A DNA stretch of 64,000 nucleotides from Eledone cirrhosa (Eukaryota), in assembly GCA_964016885.1 (NCBI GenBank), contig OZ024743.1, positions 326,864,001-326,928,000 on the forward strand. Direction: 5' to 3'. Position 1 is the first letter of the stretch. Each line of letters opens with the position of its first letter. Positions 38,401 through 56,400 of the stretch are shown here, piece after piece. A model generated the notes under the pieces. The model searched no databases. It was not told the DNA's origin and saw nothing but the letters and a program-made list of their open reading frames with translations. Made by a program: the position numbers and the translations under genes.

Positions 38401-41400
38401 TACCACCAACCTCCACCTGCAACATCATTATCATAGCCATTACCACCACCTCCACCAGCAACATCATTATCATAGCCATTACCACCACCTCCACCAGCAA
38501 CATCATTATCATAGCCATTACTATCACCTCCACCAGCAACATCATTATCATAGCCATTACCACCACCACCACCACCAGCAGTATCATTATCATAGCCATT
38601 ACCACCACCAACCACCACCAGCAACATCATTATCATAGCCATTACCACCACCACCACCAGCAGTATCATTATCATAGCTATTACCACCACCTCCACCAGC
38701 AACATCATTATCATAGCTATTACCACCACCTCCACCAGCAACATCATTATCATAGCCATTACCACCACCTCCACCAGCAACATCATTATCATAGCCATTA
38801 CCACCACCTCCACCAGCAACATCATTATCATAGCCATTACCACCACCTCCACCAGCAACATCATTATCATAGCCATTACTATCACCTCCACCAGCAACAT
38901 CATTATCATAGCCATTACCACCACCAACCACCACCAGCAGTATCATTATCATAGCCATTACCACCACCACCACCAGCAACATCATTATCATAGCCATTAC
39001 CACCACCACCACCAGCAACATCATTATCATAGCCATTACCACCACCTCCACCAGCAACATCATTATCATAGCCATTACCACCACCTCCACCAGCAACATC
39101 ATTATCATAGCTAATTACCACCACCTCCACCAGCAACATCATTATCATAGCCATTACCACCACCCACCACCAGCAACATCATTATCATAGCCATTACCAC
39201 CACCTCCACCAGCAACATCATTATCATAGCCATTACCACCACCTCCACCAGCAACATCATTATCATAGCCATTACCACCACCACCACCACCAGCAGCATC
39301 ATTATCATAGCCATTACCACCACCTCCACCAGCAACATCATTATCATAGCTATTACCACCACCTCCACCAGCAACATCATTATCATAGCCATTACCACCA
39401 ACCACCACCACCAGCAGCATCATTATCATAGCCATTACCACCACCACCACCACCAGCAGCATCATTATCATAGCCATTACCACCACCTCCACCAGCAACA
39501 TCATTATCATAGCCATTACCACCACCTCCACCAGCAACATCATTATCATAGCCATTACCACCACCACCACCAGCAGCATCATTATCATAGCCATTACCAC
39601 CACCACCACCACCAGCACATCATTATCATAGCCATTACCACCACCTCCACCAGCATCATCATTATCATAGCCATTACCACCACCTCCACCAGCAGTATCA
39701 TTATCATAGCCATTACCACCACCTCCACCAGCAGCATCATTATCATAGACATTACCACCACCACCACCAGCAACATCATTATCATAGCCATTACCACCAC
39801 CTCCACCAGCAGTATCATTATCATGGCCATTACCACCACCTCCACCAGCAAGTATCATTATCATAGCCATTACCACCACCTCCACCAGCAGTATCATTAT
39901 CATAGCCATTACCACCACCTCCACCAGCAACATCATTATCATAGCCATTACCACCACCTCCACCAGCAACATCATTATCATAGCCATTACCACCACCTCC
40001 ACCAGCAACATCATTATCATAGCCATTACCACCACCTCCACCAGCAACATCATTATCATAGCCATTACCACCACCTCCACCAGCAGTATCATTATCATAG
40101 CCATTACCACCACCTCCACCAGCAACATCATTATCATAGGCATTACCACCACCTCCACCAGCAACATCATTATCATAGCCATTACTATCACCTCCACCAG
40201 CAACATCATTATAATAGCCATTACCACCACCTCCACCAGCAACATCATTATCATAGGCATTACCACCACCTCCACCAGCAACATCATTATCATAGCCATT
40301 ACTATCACCTCCACCAGCAACATCATTATCATAGCTCTTACCACCACCACCACCAGCAACATCATTATCATAGCCATTACCACCACCTCCACCAGCAACA
40401 TCATTATCATAGCCATTACCACCACCTCCACCAGCAACAGCATTATCATAGCCATTACCACCACCTCCACCAGCAACATCATTATCATAGCCATTACCAC
40501 CACCTCCACCAGCAACATCATTATCATAGCCATTACCACCACCTCCACCAGCAACATCATTATCATAGCCATTACCACCACCTCCACCAGCAACATCATT
40601 ATCATAGCCATTACCACCACCTCCACCAGCAACATCATTATCATAGCCATTACCACCACCTCCACCAGCAACATCATTATCATAGCCATTACCACCACCT
40701 CCACCAGCAACATCATTATCATAGCCATTACCACCACCTCCACCAGCAACATCATTATCATAGCCATTACCACCACCTCCACCAGCAACATCATTATCAT
40801 AGCCATTACCACCACCTCCACCAGCAACATCATTATCATAGCCATTACCACCACCTCCACCAGCAACATCATTATCATAGCCATTACCACCACCTCCACC
40901 AGCAACATCATTATCATAGCCATTACCACCACCTCCACCAGCAACATCATTATCATAGCCATTACCACCACCTCCACTAGCAACATCATTATCATAGCCA
41001 TTACCACCACCTCCACCAGCAACATCATTATCATAGCCATTACCACCACCTCCACCAGCAACATCATTATCATAGCCATTACCACCACCTCCACCAGCAA
41101 CATCATTATCATAGCCATTACCACCACCTCCACCAGCAACATCATTATCATAGCCATTACCACCACCTCCACCAGCAACATCATTATCATAGCCATTACC
41201 ACCACCTCCACTAGCAACATCATTATCATAGCCATTACCACCACCTCCACCAGCAACATCATTATCATAGCCATTACCACCACCACCACCAGCAACATCA
41301 TTATCATAGGCATTACCACCACCTCCACCAGCAACATCATTATCATAGCCATTACTATCACCTCCACCAGCAACATCATTATCATAGCCATTACCACCAC

Positions 41401-44400
41401 CTCCACTAGCAACATCATTATCATAGCCATTACCACCACCTCCACCAGCAACATCATTATCATAGCCATTACCACCACCTCCACCAGCAACATCATTATC
41501 ATAGCCATTACCACCACCTCCACCAGCAACATCATTATCATAGCCATTACCACCACCTCCACCAGCAACATCATTATCATAGCCATTACCACCACCTCCA
41601 CCAGCAACATCATTATCATAGGCATTACCACCACCTCCACCAGCAACATCATTATCATAGCCATTACTATCACCTCCACCAGCAACATCATTATCATAGC
41701 CATTACCACCACCTCCACCAGCAACATCATTATCATAGCCATTACTATCACCTCCACCAGCAACATCATTATCATAGCCATTACCACCACCTCCACCAGC
41801 AACATCATTATCATAGGCAATTACCACCACCTCCACCAGCAACATCATTATCATAGCCATTACTATCACCTCCACCAGCAACATCATTATCATAGCCATT
41901 ACCACCACCTCCACCAGCAACATCATTATCATAGCCATTACCACCACCTCCACCAGCAACATCATTATCATAGCCATTACCACCACCTCCACCAGCAACA
42001 TCATTATCATAGCCATTACCACCACCTCCACCAGCAACATCATTATCATAGCCATTACTATCACCTCCACCAGCAACATCATTATCATAGCCATTACCAC
42101 CACCTCCACTAGCAACATCATTATCATAGCCATTACCACCACCTCCACCAGCAACATCATTATCATAGCCATTACCACCACCTCCACCAGCAACATCATT
42201 ATCATAGCCATTACCACCACCTCCACTAGCAACATCATTATCATAGCCATTACCACCACCTCCACTAGCAACATCATTATCATAGCCATTACCACCACCT
42301 CCACCAGCAACATCATTATCATAGCCATTACCACCACCTCCACTAGCAACATCATTATCATAGCCATTACCACCACCTCCACTAGCAACATCATTATCAT
42401 AGCCATTACCACCACCTCCACCAGCAACATCATTATCATAGCCATTACCACCACCTCCACCAGCAACATCATTATCATAGCCATTACCACCACCTCCACC
42501 AGCAACATCATTATCATAGCCATTACCACCACCTCCACCAGCAGTATCATTATCATAGCCATTACCACCACCTCCACCAGCAGTATCATTATCATAGCTA
42601 TTACCACCACCTCCACCAGCAACATCATTATCATAGCCATTACCACCACCTCCACCAGCAACATCATTATCATAGCCATTACCACCACCTCCACCAGCAA
42701 CATCATTATCATAGCCATTACCACCACCTCCACCAGCAACATCATTATCATAGCCATTACCACCACCTCCACCAGCAACATCATTATCATAGCCATTACC
42801 ACCACCTCCACCAGCAACATCATTATCATAGCCATTACCACCACCTCCACTAGCAACATCATTATCATAGCCATTACCACCACCTCCACCAGCAACATCA
42901 TTATCATAGCCATTACCACCACCTCCACCAGCAACATCATTATCATAGCCATTACCACCACCTCCACTAGCAACATCATTATCATAGCCATTACCACCAC
43001 CTCCACTAGCAACATCATTATCATAGCCATTACCACCACCTCCACTAGCAACATCATTATCATAGCCATTACCACCACCTCCACTAGCAACATCATTATC
43101 ATAGCCATTACCACCACCTCCACCAGCAACATCATTATCATAGCTATTACCACCACCTCCACCAGCAACATCATTATCATAGCCATTACCACCACCTCCA
43201 CCAGCAACATCATTATCATAGCTATTACCACCACCTCCACTAGCAACATCATTATCATAGCCATTACCACCACCTCCACTAGCAACATCATTATCATAGC
43301 CATTACCACCACCTCCACCAGCAACATCATTATCATAGCCATTACCACCACCTCCACTAGCAACATCATTATCATAGCCATTACCACCACCTCCACTAGC
43401 AACATCATTATCATAGCCATTACCACCACCTCCACCAGCAACATCATTATCATAGCCATTACCACCACCTCCACTAGCAACATCATTATCATAGCCATTA
43501 CCACCACCTCCACCAGCAACATCATTATCATAGCCATTACTATCACCTCCACCAGCAGTATCATTATCATAGCCATTACTATCACCTCCACCAGCAACAT
43601 CATTATCATAGCCATTACCACCACCTCCACCAGCAACATCATTATCATAGCCATTACCACCACCTCCACCAGCAACATCATTATCATAGCCATTACCACC
43701 ACCTCCACTAGCAACATCATTATCATAGCCATTACTATCACCTCCACCAGCAACATCATTATCATAGCCATTACTATCACCTCCACCAGCAACATCATTA
43801 TCATAGCCATTACCACCACCTCCACTAGCAACATCATTATCATAGCCATTACCACCACCTCCACCAGCAACATCATTATCATAGCCATTACCACCACCAC
43901 CACCAGCAACATCATTATCATAGCTCTTACCACCACCACCACCAGCAACATCATTATCATAGCCATTACCACCACCTCCACCAGCAACATCATTATCATA
44001 GCTCTTACCACCACCACCACCAGCAACATCATTATCATAGCCATTACCACCACCTCCACCAGCAACATCATTATCATAGCCATTACCACCACCACCACCA
44101 GCAACATCATTATCATAGCTCTTACCACCACCACCACCAGCAACATCATTATCATAGCTCTTACCACCACCACCACCAGCAACATCATTATCATAGCCAT
44201 TACCACCACCACCACCAGCAACATCATTATCATAGCTCTTACCACCACCACCACCAGCAACATCATTATCATAGCCATTACCACCACCACCACCAGCAAC
44301 ATCATTAACATAGCCATTGCCACCACCTCCACCAGCAACATCATTATCATAGCTCTTACCACCACCTCCACCAGCAACATCATTATCATAGCCATTACCA

Positions 44401-47400
44401 CCACCTCCACCAGCAACATCATTATCATAGCCATTACCACCACCTCCACCAGCAACATCATTATCATAGCTATTACCACCACCTCCACCAGCAGTATCAT
44501 TATCATAGCCATTACCACCACCTCCACCAACGGTGTCATTATCATAGCCATTACCACCACCTCCACCAGCAACATCATTATCATAGCCATTACCACCAAC
44601 TCCACCAGCAACATCATTATCATAGCCATTACCACCACCTCCACCAGCAACATCATTATCATAGCTCTTACCACCACCACCACCAGCAACATCATTATCA
44701 TAGCCATTACCACCACCACCACCAGCAACATCATTATCATAGCTCTTACCACCACCACCACCAGCAACATCATTATCATAGCCATTACCACCACCACCAC
44801 CAGCAACATCATTATCATAGCTCTTACCACCACCACCATCAGCAACATCATTATCATAGCCATTACCACCACCACCACCAGCAACATCATTATCATAGCC
44901 ATTACCACCACCTCCACCAGCAACATCATTATCATAGCCATTACCACCACCACCACCAGCAACATCATTATCATAGCCATTACCACCACCACCACCAGCA
45001 ACATCATTATCATAGCTCTTACCACCACCACCACCAGCAACATCATTATCATAGCCATTACCACCACCACCACCAGCAACATCATTATCATAGCCATTAC
45101 CACCACCACCACCAGCAACATCATTATCATAGCTCTTACCACCACCACCACCAGCAACATCATTATCATAGCCATTACCACCACCACCACCAGCAACATC
45201 ATTATCATAGCTCTTACCACCACCACCACCAGCAACATCATTATCATAGCCATTACCACCACCACCACCAGCAACATCATTATCATAGCCATTACCACCA
45301 CCACCACCAGCAACATCATTATCATAGCTCTTACCACCACCACCACCAGCAACATCATTATCATAGCCATTACCACCACCACCACCAGCAACATCATTAT
45401 CATAGCTCTTACCACCACCACCACCAGCAACATCATTATCATAGCCATTACCACCACCACCACCAGCAACATCATTATCATAGCCATTACCACCACCACC
45501 ACCAGCAACATCATTATCATAGCTCTTACCACCACCACCACCAGCAACATCATTATCATAGCCATTACCACCACCACCACCAGCAACATCATTATCATAG
45601 CCATTACCACCACCACCACCAGCAACATCATTATCATAGCTCTTACCACCACCACCACCAGCAACATCATTATCATAGCCATTACCACCACCACCACCAG
45701 CAACATCATTATCATAGCTCTTACCACCACCACCACCAGCAACATCATTATCATAGCCATTACCACCACCTCCACCAGCAACATCATTATCATAGCCATT
45801 ACCACCACCTCCACCAGCAACATCATTATCATAGCCATTACCACCACCACCACCAGCAACATCATTATCATAGCCATTACCACCACCTCCACCAGCAACA
45901 TCATTATCATAGCCATTACCACCACCTCCACCAGCAACATCATTATCATAGCCATTACCACCACCACCACCAGCAACATCATTATCATAGCCATTACCAC
46001 CACCTCCACCAGCAACATCATTATCATAGCCATTACTATCACCTCCACCAGCAACATCATTATCATAGCCATTACCACCACCTCCACCAGCAACATCATT
46101 ATCATAGCCATTACCACCACCACCACCAGCAACATCATTATCATAGCCATTACCACCACCTCCACCAGCAACATCATTATCATAGCCATTACTATCACCT
46201 CCACCAGCAACATCATTATCATAGCCATTACCACCACCTCCACCAGCAACATCATTATCATAGCCATTACCACCACCTCCACCAGCAACATCATTATCAT
46301 AGCCATTACCACCACCTCCACCAGCAACATCATTATCATAGCCATTACCACCACCACCACCAGCAACATCATTATCATAGCCATTACCACCACCACCACC
46401 AGCAACATCATTATCATAGCTCTTACCACCACCACCACCAGCAACATCATTATCATAGCCATTACCACCACCTCCACCAGCAACATCATTATCATAGCCA
46501 TTACCACCACCACCACCAGCAACATCATTATCATAGCCATTACCACCACCTCCACCAGCAACATCATTATCATAGCCATTACTATCACCTCCACCAGCAA
46601 CATCATTATCATAGCCATTACCACCACCTCCACCAGCAACATCATTATCATAGCCATTACCACCACCACCACCAGCAACATCATTATCATAGCCATTACC
46701 ACCACCTCCACCAGCAACATCATTATCATAGCCATTACTATCACCTCCACCAGCAACATCATTATCATAGCCATTACCACCACCTCCACCAGCAACATCA
46801 TTATCATAGCCATTACCACCACCTCCACCAGCAACATCATTATCATAGCCATTACCACCACCTCCACCAGCAACATCATTATCATAGCCATTACCACCAC
46901 CACCACCAGCAACATCATTATCATAGCCATTACCACCACCTCCACCAGCAACATCATTATCATAGCCATTACCACCACCTCCACCAGCAACATCATTATC
47001 ATAGCCGTTACCACCACCTCCACCAGCAACATCATTATCATAGCCATTACCACCACCACCACCAGCAACATCATTATCATAGCCATTACCACCACCTCCA
47101 CCAGCAACATCATTATCATAGCCATTACCACCACCTCCACCAGCAACATCATTATCATAGCCAATACCACCACCTCCACCAGCAGTATCATTATCATAGC
47201 CATTACCACCACCACCACCAGCAACATCATTATCATAGCCATTACCACCACCACCACCAGCAACATCATTATCATAGCCATTACCACCACCTCCACCAGC
47301 AACATCATTATCATAGCCATTACCACCACCTCCACCAGCAACATCATTATCATAGCCATTACCACCACCTCCACCAGCAACATCATTATCATAGGCATTA

Positions 47401-50400
47401 CCACCACCTCCACCAGCAACATCATTATCATAGCCATTACCACCACCTCCACCAGCAACATCATTATCATAGCCATTACCACCACCTCCACCAGCAACAT
47501 CATTATCATAGCCATTACCACCACCTCCACCAGCAACATCATTATCATAGCCATTACCACCACCTCCACCAGCAGTATCATTATCATAGCCATTACCACC
47601 ACCTCCACCAGCAACATCATTATCATAGCCATTACCACCACCTCCACCAGCAACATCATTATCATAGGCATTACCACCACCTCCACCAGCAACATCATTA
47701 TCATAGCCATTACCACCACCTCCACCAGCAACATCATTATCATAGCCATTACCACCACCTCCACCAGCAACATCATTATCATAGCCATTACCACCACCAC
47801 CACCAGCAACATCATTATCATAGGCATTACCACCACCTCCACCAGCAACATCATTATCATAGCCATTACCACCACCTCCACCAGCAACATCATTATCATA
47901 GCCATTACCACCACCTCCACCAGCAACATCATTATCATAGCCATTACCACCACCTCCACCAGCAACATCATTATCATAGCCATTACCACCACCTCCACCA
48001 GCAGTATCATTATCATAGCCATTACCACCACCTCCGCCAGCAACATCATTATCATAGCCATTACCACCACCTCCACCAGCAACATCATTATCATAGGCAT
48101 TACCACCACCTCCACCAGCAACATCATTATCATAGCCATTACCACCACCTCCACCAGCAACATCATTATCATAGCCATTACCACCACCTCCACCAGCAAC
48201 ATCATTATCATAGCCATTACCACCACCTCCACCAGCAACAACATTATCATAGCCATTACCACCACCTCCACCAGCAACATCATTATCATAGCCATTACCA
48301 CCACCTCCACCAGCAACATCATTATCATAGCCATTACCACCACCTCCACCAGCAACATCATTATCATAGCCATTACCACCACCTCCACCAGCAACAACAT
48401 TATCATAGCCATTACCACCACCTCCACCAGCAACATCATTATCATAGCCATTACCACCACCTCCACCAGCAACAACATTATCATAGCCATTACCACCACC
48501 TCCACCAGCAACATCATTATCATAGCCATTACCACCACCTCCACCAGCAACATCATTATCATAGGCATTACCACCACCTCCACCAGCAACATCATTATCA
48601 TAGCCATTACCACCACCTCCACCAGCAACAACATTATCATAGCCATTACCACCACCTCCACCAGCAACATCATTATCATAGCCATTACCACCACCTCCAC
48701 CAGCAGTATCATTATCATAGCCATTACCACCACCTCCACCAGCAACATCATTATCATAGGCATTACCACCACCTCCACCAGCAACATCATTATCATAGCC
48801 ATTACCACCACCTCCACCAGCAGTATCATTATCATAGCCATTACCACCACCTCCACCAGCAACATCATTATCATAGCCATTACCACCACCTCCACCAGCA
48901 ACATCATTATCATAGCCATTACCACCACCTCCACCAGCAACATCATTATCATAGCCATTACCACCACCTCCACCAGCAACATCATTATCATAGGCATTAC
49001 CACCACCTCCACCAGCAACATCATTATCATAGGCATTACCACCACCTCCACCAGCAGTATCATTATCATAGCCATTACCACCACCTCCACCAGCAACATC
49101 ATTATCATAGCCATTACCACCACCTCCACCAGCAGTATCATTATCATAGCCATTACCACCACCTCCACCAGCAACATCATTATCATAGCCATTACCACCA
49201 CCTCCACCAGCAACATCATTATCATAGCCATTACCACCACCTCCACCAGCAACATCATTATCATAGCCATTACCACCACCTCCACCAGCAACATCATTAT
49301 CATAGCCATTACCACCACCTCCACCAGCAACATCATTATCATAGGCATTACCACCACCTCCACCAGCAGTATCATTATCATAGCCATTACCACCACCTCC
49401 ACCAGCAACATCATTATCATAGCCATTACCACCACCTCCACCAGCAGTATCATTATCATAGCCATTACCACCACCTCCACCAGCAACATCATTATCATAG
49501 CCATTACCACCACCTCCACCAGCAACATCATTATCATAGCCATTACCACCACCTCCACCAGCAACATCATTATCATAGCCATTACCACCACCTCCACCAG
49601 CAACATCATTATCATAGCCATTACCACCACCTCCACCAGCAACATCATTATCATAGCTCTTACCACCACCTCCACCAACGGTATCATTATCATAGCCATT
49701 ACCACCACCTCCACCAGCAACATCATTATCATAGCCATTACCACCACCTCCACCAGCAACATCATTATCATAGCCATTACCACCACCTCCACCAGCAACA
49801 TCATTATCATAGCTCTTACCACCACCTCCACCAACGGTATCATTATCATAGCCATTACCACCACCTCCACCAGCAACATCATTATCATAGCCATTACCAC
49901 CACCTCCACCAGCAGTATCATTATCATAGCCATTACCACCACCTCCACCAGCAACATCATTATCATAGCCATTACCACCACCTCCACCAGCAACATCATT
50001 ATCATAGCTCTTACCACCACCACCACCAGCAACATCATTATCATAGCCATTACCACCACCTCCACCAGCAACATCATTAGCATAGCCATTACCACCACCT
50101 CCACCAGCAACATCATTAGCATAGCCATTACCACCACCTCCACCAGCAACATCATTATCATAGCCATTACCACCACCTCCACTAGCAACATCATTATCAT
50201 AGCTCTTACCACCACCTCCACCAACGGTATCATTATCATAGCCATTACCACCACCTCCACCAGCAACATCATTATCATAGCTCTTACCACCACCTCCACC
50301 AACGGTATCATTATCATAGCCATTACCACCACCACCACCAGCAACAACATTATCATAGCCATTACCACCACCTCCACCAGCAACATCATTAGCATAGCCA

Positions 50401-53400
50401 TTACCACCACCTCCACCAGCAACATCATTATCATAGCTCTTACCACCACCTCCACCAACGGTATCATTATCATAGCCATTACCACCACCACCACCAGCAA
50501 CAACATTATCATAGCCATTACCACCACCTCCACCAGCAACATCATTATCATAGCCATTACCACAACCTCCACGAGCAACATCATTATCATAGCTATTACC
50601 ACCACCTCCACCAGCAACATCATTATCATAGCTCTTACCACCACCTCCACCAACGGTATCATTATCATAGCCATTACCACCACCTCCACCAGCAACATCA
50701 TTATCATAGCCATTACCACCACCTCCACTAGCAACATCATTATCATAGCCATTACCACCACCTCCACCAGCAACATCATTATCATAGCCATTACCACCAC
50801 CTCCACCAGCAACATCATTATCATAGCCATTACCACCACCTCCACCAGCAACATCATTATCATAGCCATTACCACCACCTCCACCAGCAACATCATTATC
50901 ATAGCCATTACCACCACCTCCACCAGCAACATCATTATCATAGCCATTACCACCACCTCCACCAGCAACATCATTATCATAGCCATTACCACCACCTCCA
51001 CTAGCAACATCATTATCATAGCCATTACCACCACCTCCACCAGCAGTATCATTATCATAGCCATTACCACCACCTCCACCAGCAACATCATTATCATAGC
51101 CATTACCACCACCTCCACTAGCAACATCATTATCATAGCCATTACCACCACCTCCACCAGCAACATCATTATCATAGCCATTACCACCACCTCCACCAGC
51201 AACATCATTATCATAGCCATTACCACCACCTCCACCAGCAACATCATTATCATAGCCATTACCACCACCTCCACTAGCAACATCATTATCATAGCCATTA
51301 CCACCACCTCCACCAGCAACATCATTATCATAGCCATTACCACCACCTCCACCAGCAACATCATTATCATAGCCATTACCACCACCTCCACCAGCAACAG
51401 CATTATCATAGCCATTACCACCACCTCCACTAGCAACATCATTATCATAGCCGTTACCACCACCTCCACTAGCAACATCATTATCATAGCCATTACCACC
51501 ACCACCACCAGCAACATCATTATCATAGGCATTACCACCACCTCCACCAGCAACAGCATTATCATAGCCATTACCACCACCTCCACCAGCAACAGCATTA
51601 TCATAGCCATTACCACCACCTCCACTAGCAACATCATTATCATAGCCATTACCACCACCACCACCAGCAACATCATTATCATAGCCATTACCACCACCAC
51701 CACCAGCAACATCATTATCATAGCCATTACCACCACCTCCACCAGCAGTATCATTATCATAGCCATTACCACCACCTCCACCAGCAACATCATTATCATA
51801 GCCATTACCACCACCTCCACCAGCAACATCATTATCATAGCCATTACCACCACCTCCACCAGCAACATCATTATCATAGCCATTACCACCACCTCCACCA
51901 GCAACAGCATTATCATAGCCATTACCACCACCTCCACTAGCAACATCATTATCATAGCCATTACCACCACCTCCACTAGCAACATCATTATCATAGCCAT
52001 TACCACCACCTCCACCAGCAACATCATTATCATAGCCATTACCACCACCTCCACCAGCAACATCATTATCATAGCCATTACCACCACCTCCACCAGCAAC
52101 ATCATTATCATAGCCATTACCACCACCTCCACCAGCAACATCATTATCATAGCCATTACCACCACCTCCACCAGCAACATCATTATCATAGCCATTACTA
52201 TCACCTCCACCAGCAACATCATTATCATAGCCATTACCACCACCTCCACCAGCAACATCATTATCATAGCCATTACCACCACCTCCACCAGCAACATCAT
52301 TATCATAGCCATTACCACCACCTCCACTAGCAACATCATTATCATAGCCGTTACCACCACCTCCACTAGCAACATCATTATCATAGCCATTACCACCACC
52401 TCCACCAGCAACATCATTATCATAGCCATTACCACCACCTCCACCAGCAACATCATTATCATAGCCATTACCACCACCTCCACCAGCAACATCATTATCA
52501 TAGCCATTACCACCACCTCCACCAGCAACATCATTATCATAGCCATTACCACCACCTCCACTAGCAACATCATTATCATAGCCATTACCACCACCTCCAC
52601 CAGCAACATCATTATCATAGCCATTACTATCACCTCCACCAGCAACATCATTATCATAGCCATTACCACCACCTCCACCAGCAACATCATTATCATAGCC
52701 ATTACCACCACCTCCACTAGCAACATCATTATCATAGCCATTACTATCACCTCCACCAGCAACATCATTATCATAGCCATTACCACCACCTCCACTAGCA
52801 ACATCATTATCATAGCCATTACTATCACCTCCACCAGCAACATCATTATCATAGCCATTACCACCACCTCCACCAGCAACATCATTATCATAGCCATTAC
52901 CACCACCTCCACTAGCAACATCATTATCATAGCCATTACCACCACCTCCACCAGCAGTATCATTATCATAGCCATTACCACCACCTCCACCAGCAGTATC
53001 ATTATCATAGCCATTACCACCACCTCCACCAGCAGTATCATTATCATAGCCATTACCACCACCTCCACCAGCAGTATCATTATCATAGCCATTACTATCA
53101 CCTCCACCAGCAACATCATTATCATAGCCATTACCACCACCTCCACTAGCAACATCATTATCATAGCCATTACTATCACCTCCACCAGCAACATCATTAT
53201 CATAGCCATTACCACCACCTCCACCAGCAACATCATTATCATAGCCATTACCACCACCTCCACTAGCAACATCATTATCATAGCCATTACCACCACCTCC
53301 ACCAGCAGTATCATTATCATAGCCATTACCACCACCTCCACCAGCAGTATCATTATCATAGCCATTACCACCACCTCCACCAGCAACATCATTATCATAG

Positions 53401-56400
53401 CCATTACCACCACCTCCACTAGCAACATCATTATCATAGCCATTACCACCACCTCCACCAGCAGTATCATTATCATAGCCATTACCACCACCTCCACCAG
53501 CAGTATCATTATCATAGCCATTACCACCACCTCCACCAGCAACATCATTATCATAGCCATTACCACCACCACCACCAGCAGTATCATTATCATAGCCATT
53601 ACCACCACCTCCACCAGCAACATCATTATCATAGCTATTACCACCACCTCCACCAGCAACATCATTATCATAGCCATTACCACCACCTCCACCAGCAACA
53701 TCATTATCATAGCCATTACCACCACCTCCACCAGCAACATCATTATCATAGCCATTACCACCACCACCACCACCAGCAACATCATTATCATAGCCATTAC
53801 CACCACCACCTCCACCAGCAACATCATTATCATAGCCATTACCACCACCTCCACTAGCAACATCATTATCATAGCCATTACCACCACCTCCACTAGCAAC
53901 ATCATTATCATAGCCATTACCACCACCTCCACCAGCAACATCATTATCATAGCCATTACCACCACCTCCACCAGCAACATCATTATCATAGCCATTACCA
54001 CCACCTCCACCAGCAACATCATTATCATAGCCATTACCACCACCTCCACCAGCAACATCATTATCATAGCCATTACCACCACCTCCACCAGCAACATCAT
54101 TATCATAGCCATTACTATCACCTCCACCAGCAACATCATTATCATAGCCATTACCACCACCTCCACCAGCAACATCATTATCATAGCCATTACCACCACC
54201 TCCACCAGCAACATCATTATCATAGCCATTACCACCACCTCCACTAGCAACATCATTATCATAGCCGTTACCACCACCTCCACTAGCAACATCATTATCA
54301 TAGCCATTACCACCACCTCCACCAGCAACATCATTATCATAGCCATTACCACCACCTCCACCAGCAACATCATTATCATAGCCATTACCACCACCTCCAC
54401 CAGCAACATCATTATCATAGCCATTACCACCACCTCCACCAGCAACATCATTATCATAGCCATTACCACCACCTCCACTAGCAACATCATTATCATAGCC
54501 ATTACCACCACCTCCACCAGCAACATCATTATCATAGCCATTACTATCACCTCCACCAGCAACATCATTATCATAGCCATTACCACCACCTCCACCAGCA
54601 ACATCATTATCATAGCCATTACCACCACCTCCACTAGCAACATCATTATCATAGCCATTACTATCACCTCCACCAGCAACATCATTATCATAGCCATTAC
54701 CACCACCTCCACTAGCAACATCATTATCATAGCCATTACTATCACCTCCACCAGCAACATCATTATCATAGCCATTACCACCACCTCCACCAGCAACATC
54801 ATTATCATAGCCATTACCACCACCTCCACTAGCAACATCATTATCATAGCCATTACCACCACCTCCACCAGCAGTATCATTATCATAGCCATTACCACCA
54901 CCTCCACCAGCAGTATCATTATCATAGCCATTACCACCACCTCCACCAGCAGTATCATTATCATAGCCATTACCACCACCTCCACCAGCAGTATCATTAT
55001 CATAGCCATTACTATCACCTCCACCAGCAACATCATTATCATAGCCATTACCACCACCTCCACTAGCAACATCATTATCATAGCCATTACTATCACCTCC
55101 ACCAGCAACATCATTATCATAGCCATTACCACCACCTCCACCAGCAACATCATTATCATAGCCATTACCACCACCTCCACTAGCAACATCATTATCATAG
55201 CCATTACCACCACCTCCACCAGCAGTATCATTATCATAGCCATTACCACCACCTCCACCAGCAGTATCATTATCATAGCCATTACCACCACCTCCACCAG
55301 CAACATCATTATCATAGCCATTACCACCACCTCCACTAGCAACATCATTATCATAGCCATTACCACCACCTCCACCAGCAGTATCATTATCATAGCCATT
55401 ACCACCACCTCCACCAGCAGTATCATTATCATAGCCATTACCACCACCTCCACCAGCAACATCATTATCATAGCCATTACCACCACCACCACCAGCAGTA
55501 TCATTATCATAGCCATTACCACCACCTCCACCAGCAACATCATTATCATAGCTATTACCACCACCTCCACCAGCAACATCATTATCATAGCCATTACCAC
55601 CACCTCCACCAGCAACATCATTATCATAGCCATTACCACCACCTCCACCAGCAACATCATTATCATAGCCATTACCACCACCACCACCACCAGCAACATC
55701 ATTATCATAGCCATTACCACCACCACCTCCACCAGCAACATCATTATCATAGCCATTACCACCACCTCCACCAGCAACATCATTATCATAGCCATTACCA
55801 CCACCTCCACCAGCAACATCATTATCATAGCCATTACCACCACCTCCACCAGCAACATCATTATCATAGCCATTACCACCACCACCACCACCAGCAACAT
55901 CATTATCATAGCCATTACCACCACCTCCACCAGCAACATCATTATCATAGCTATTACCACCACCTCCACCAGCAACATCATTATCATAGCCATTACCACC
56001 ACCTCCACCAGCAACATCATTATCATAGCCATTACCACCACCACCACCACCAGCAGCATCATTATCATAGCCATTACCACCACCACCACCAGCAACATCA
56101 TTATCATAGCCATTACCACCACCTCCACCTGCAACATCATTATCATAGCCATTACCACCACCTCCACCAGCAACATCATTATCATAGCCATTACCACCAC
56201 CTCCACCAGCAACATCATTATCATAGCCATTACTATCACCTCCACCAGCAACATCATTATCATAGCCATTACCACCACCTCCACCAGCAACATCATTATC
56301 ATAGCCATTACCACCACCTCCACCAGCAACATCATTATCATAGCCATTACCACCACCTCCACCAGCAACATCATTATCATAGCCATTACCACCACCTCCA

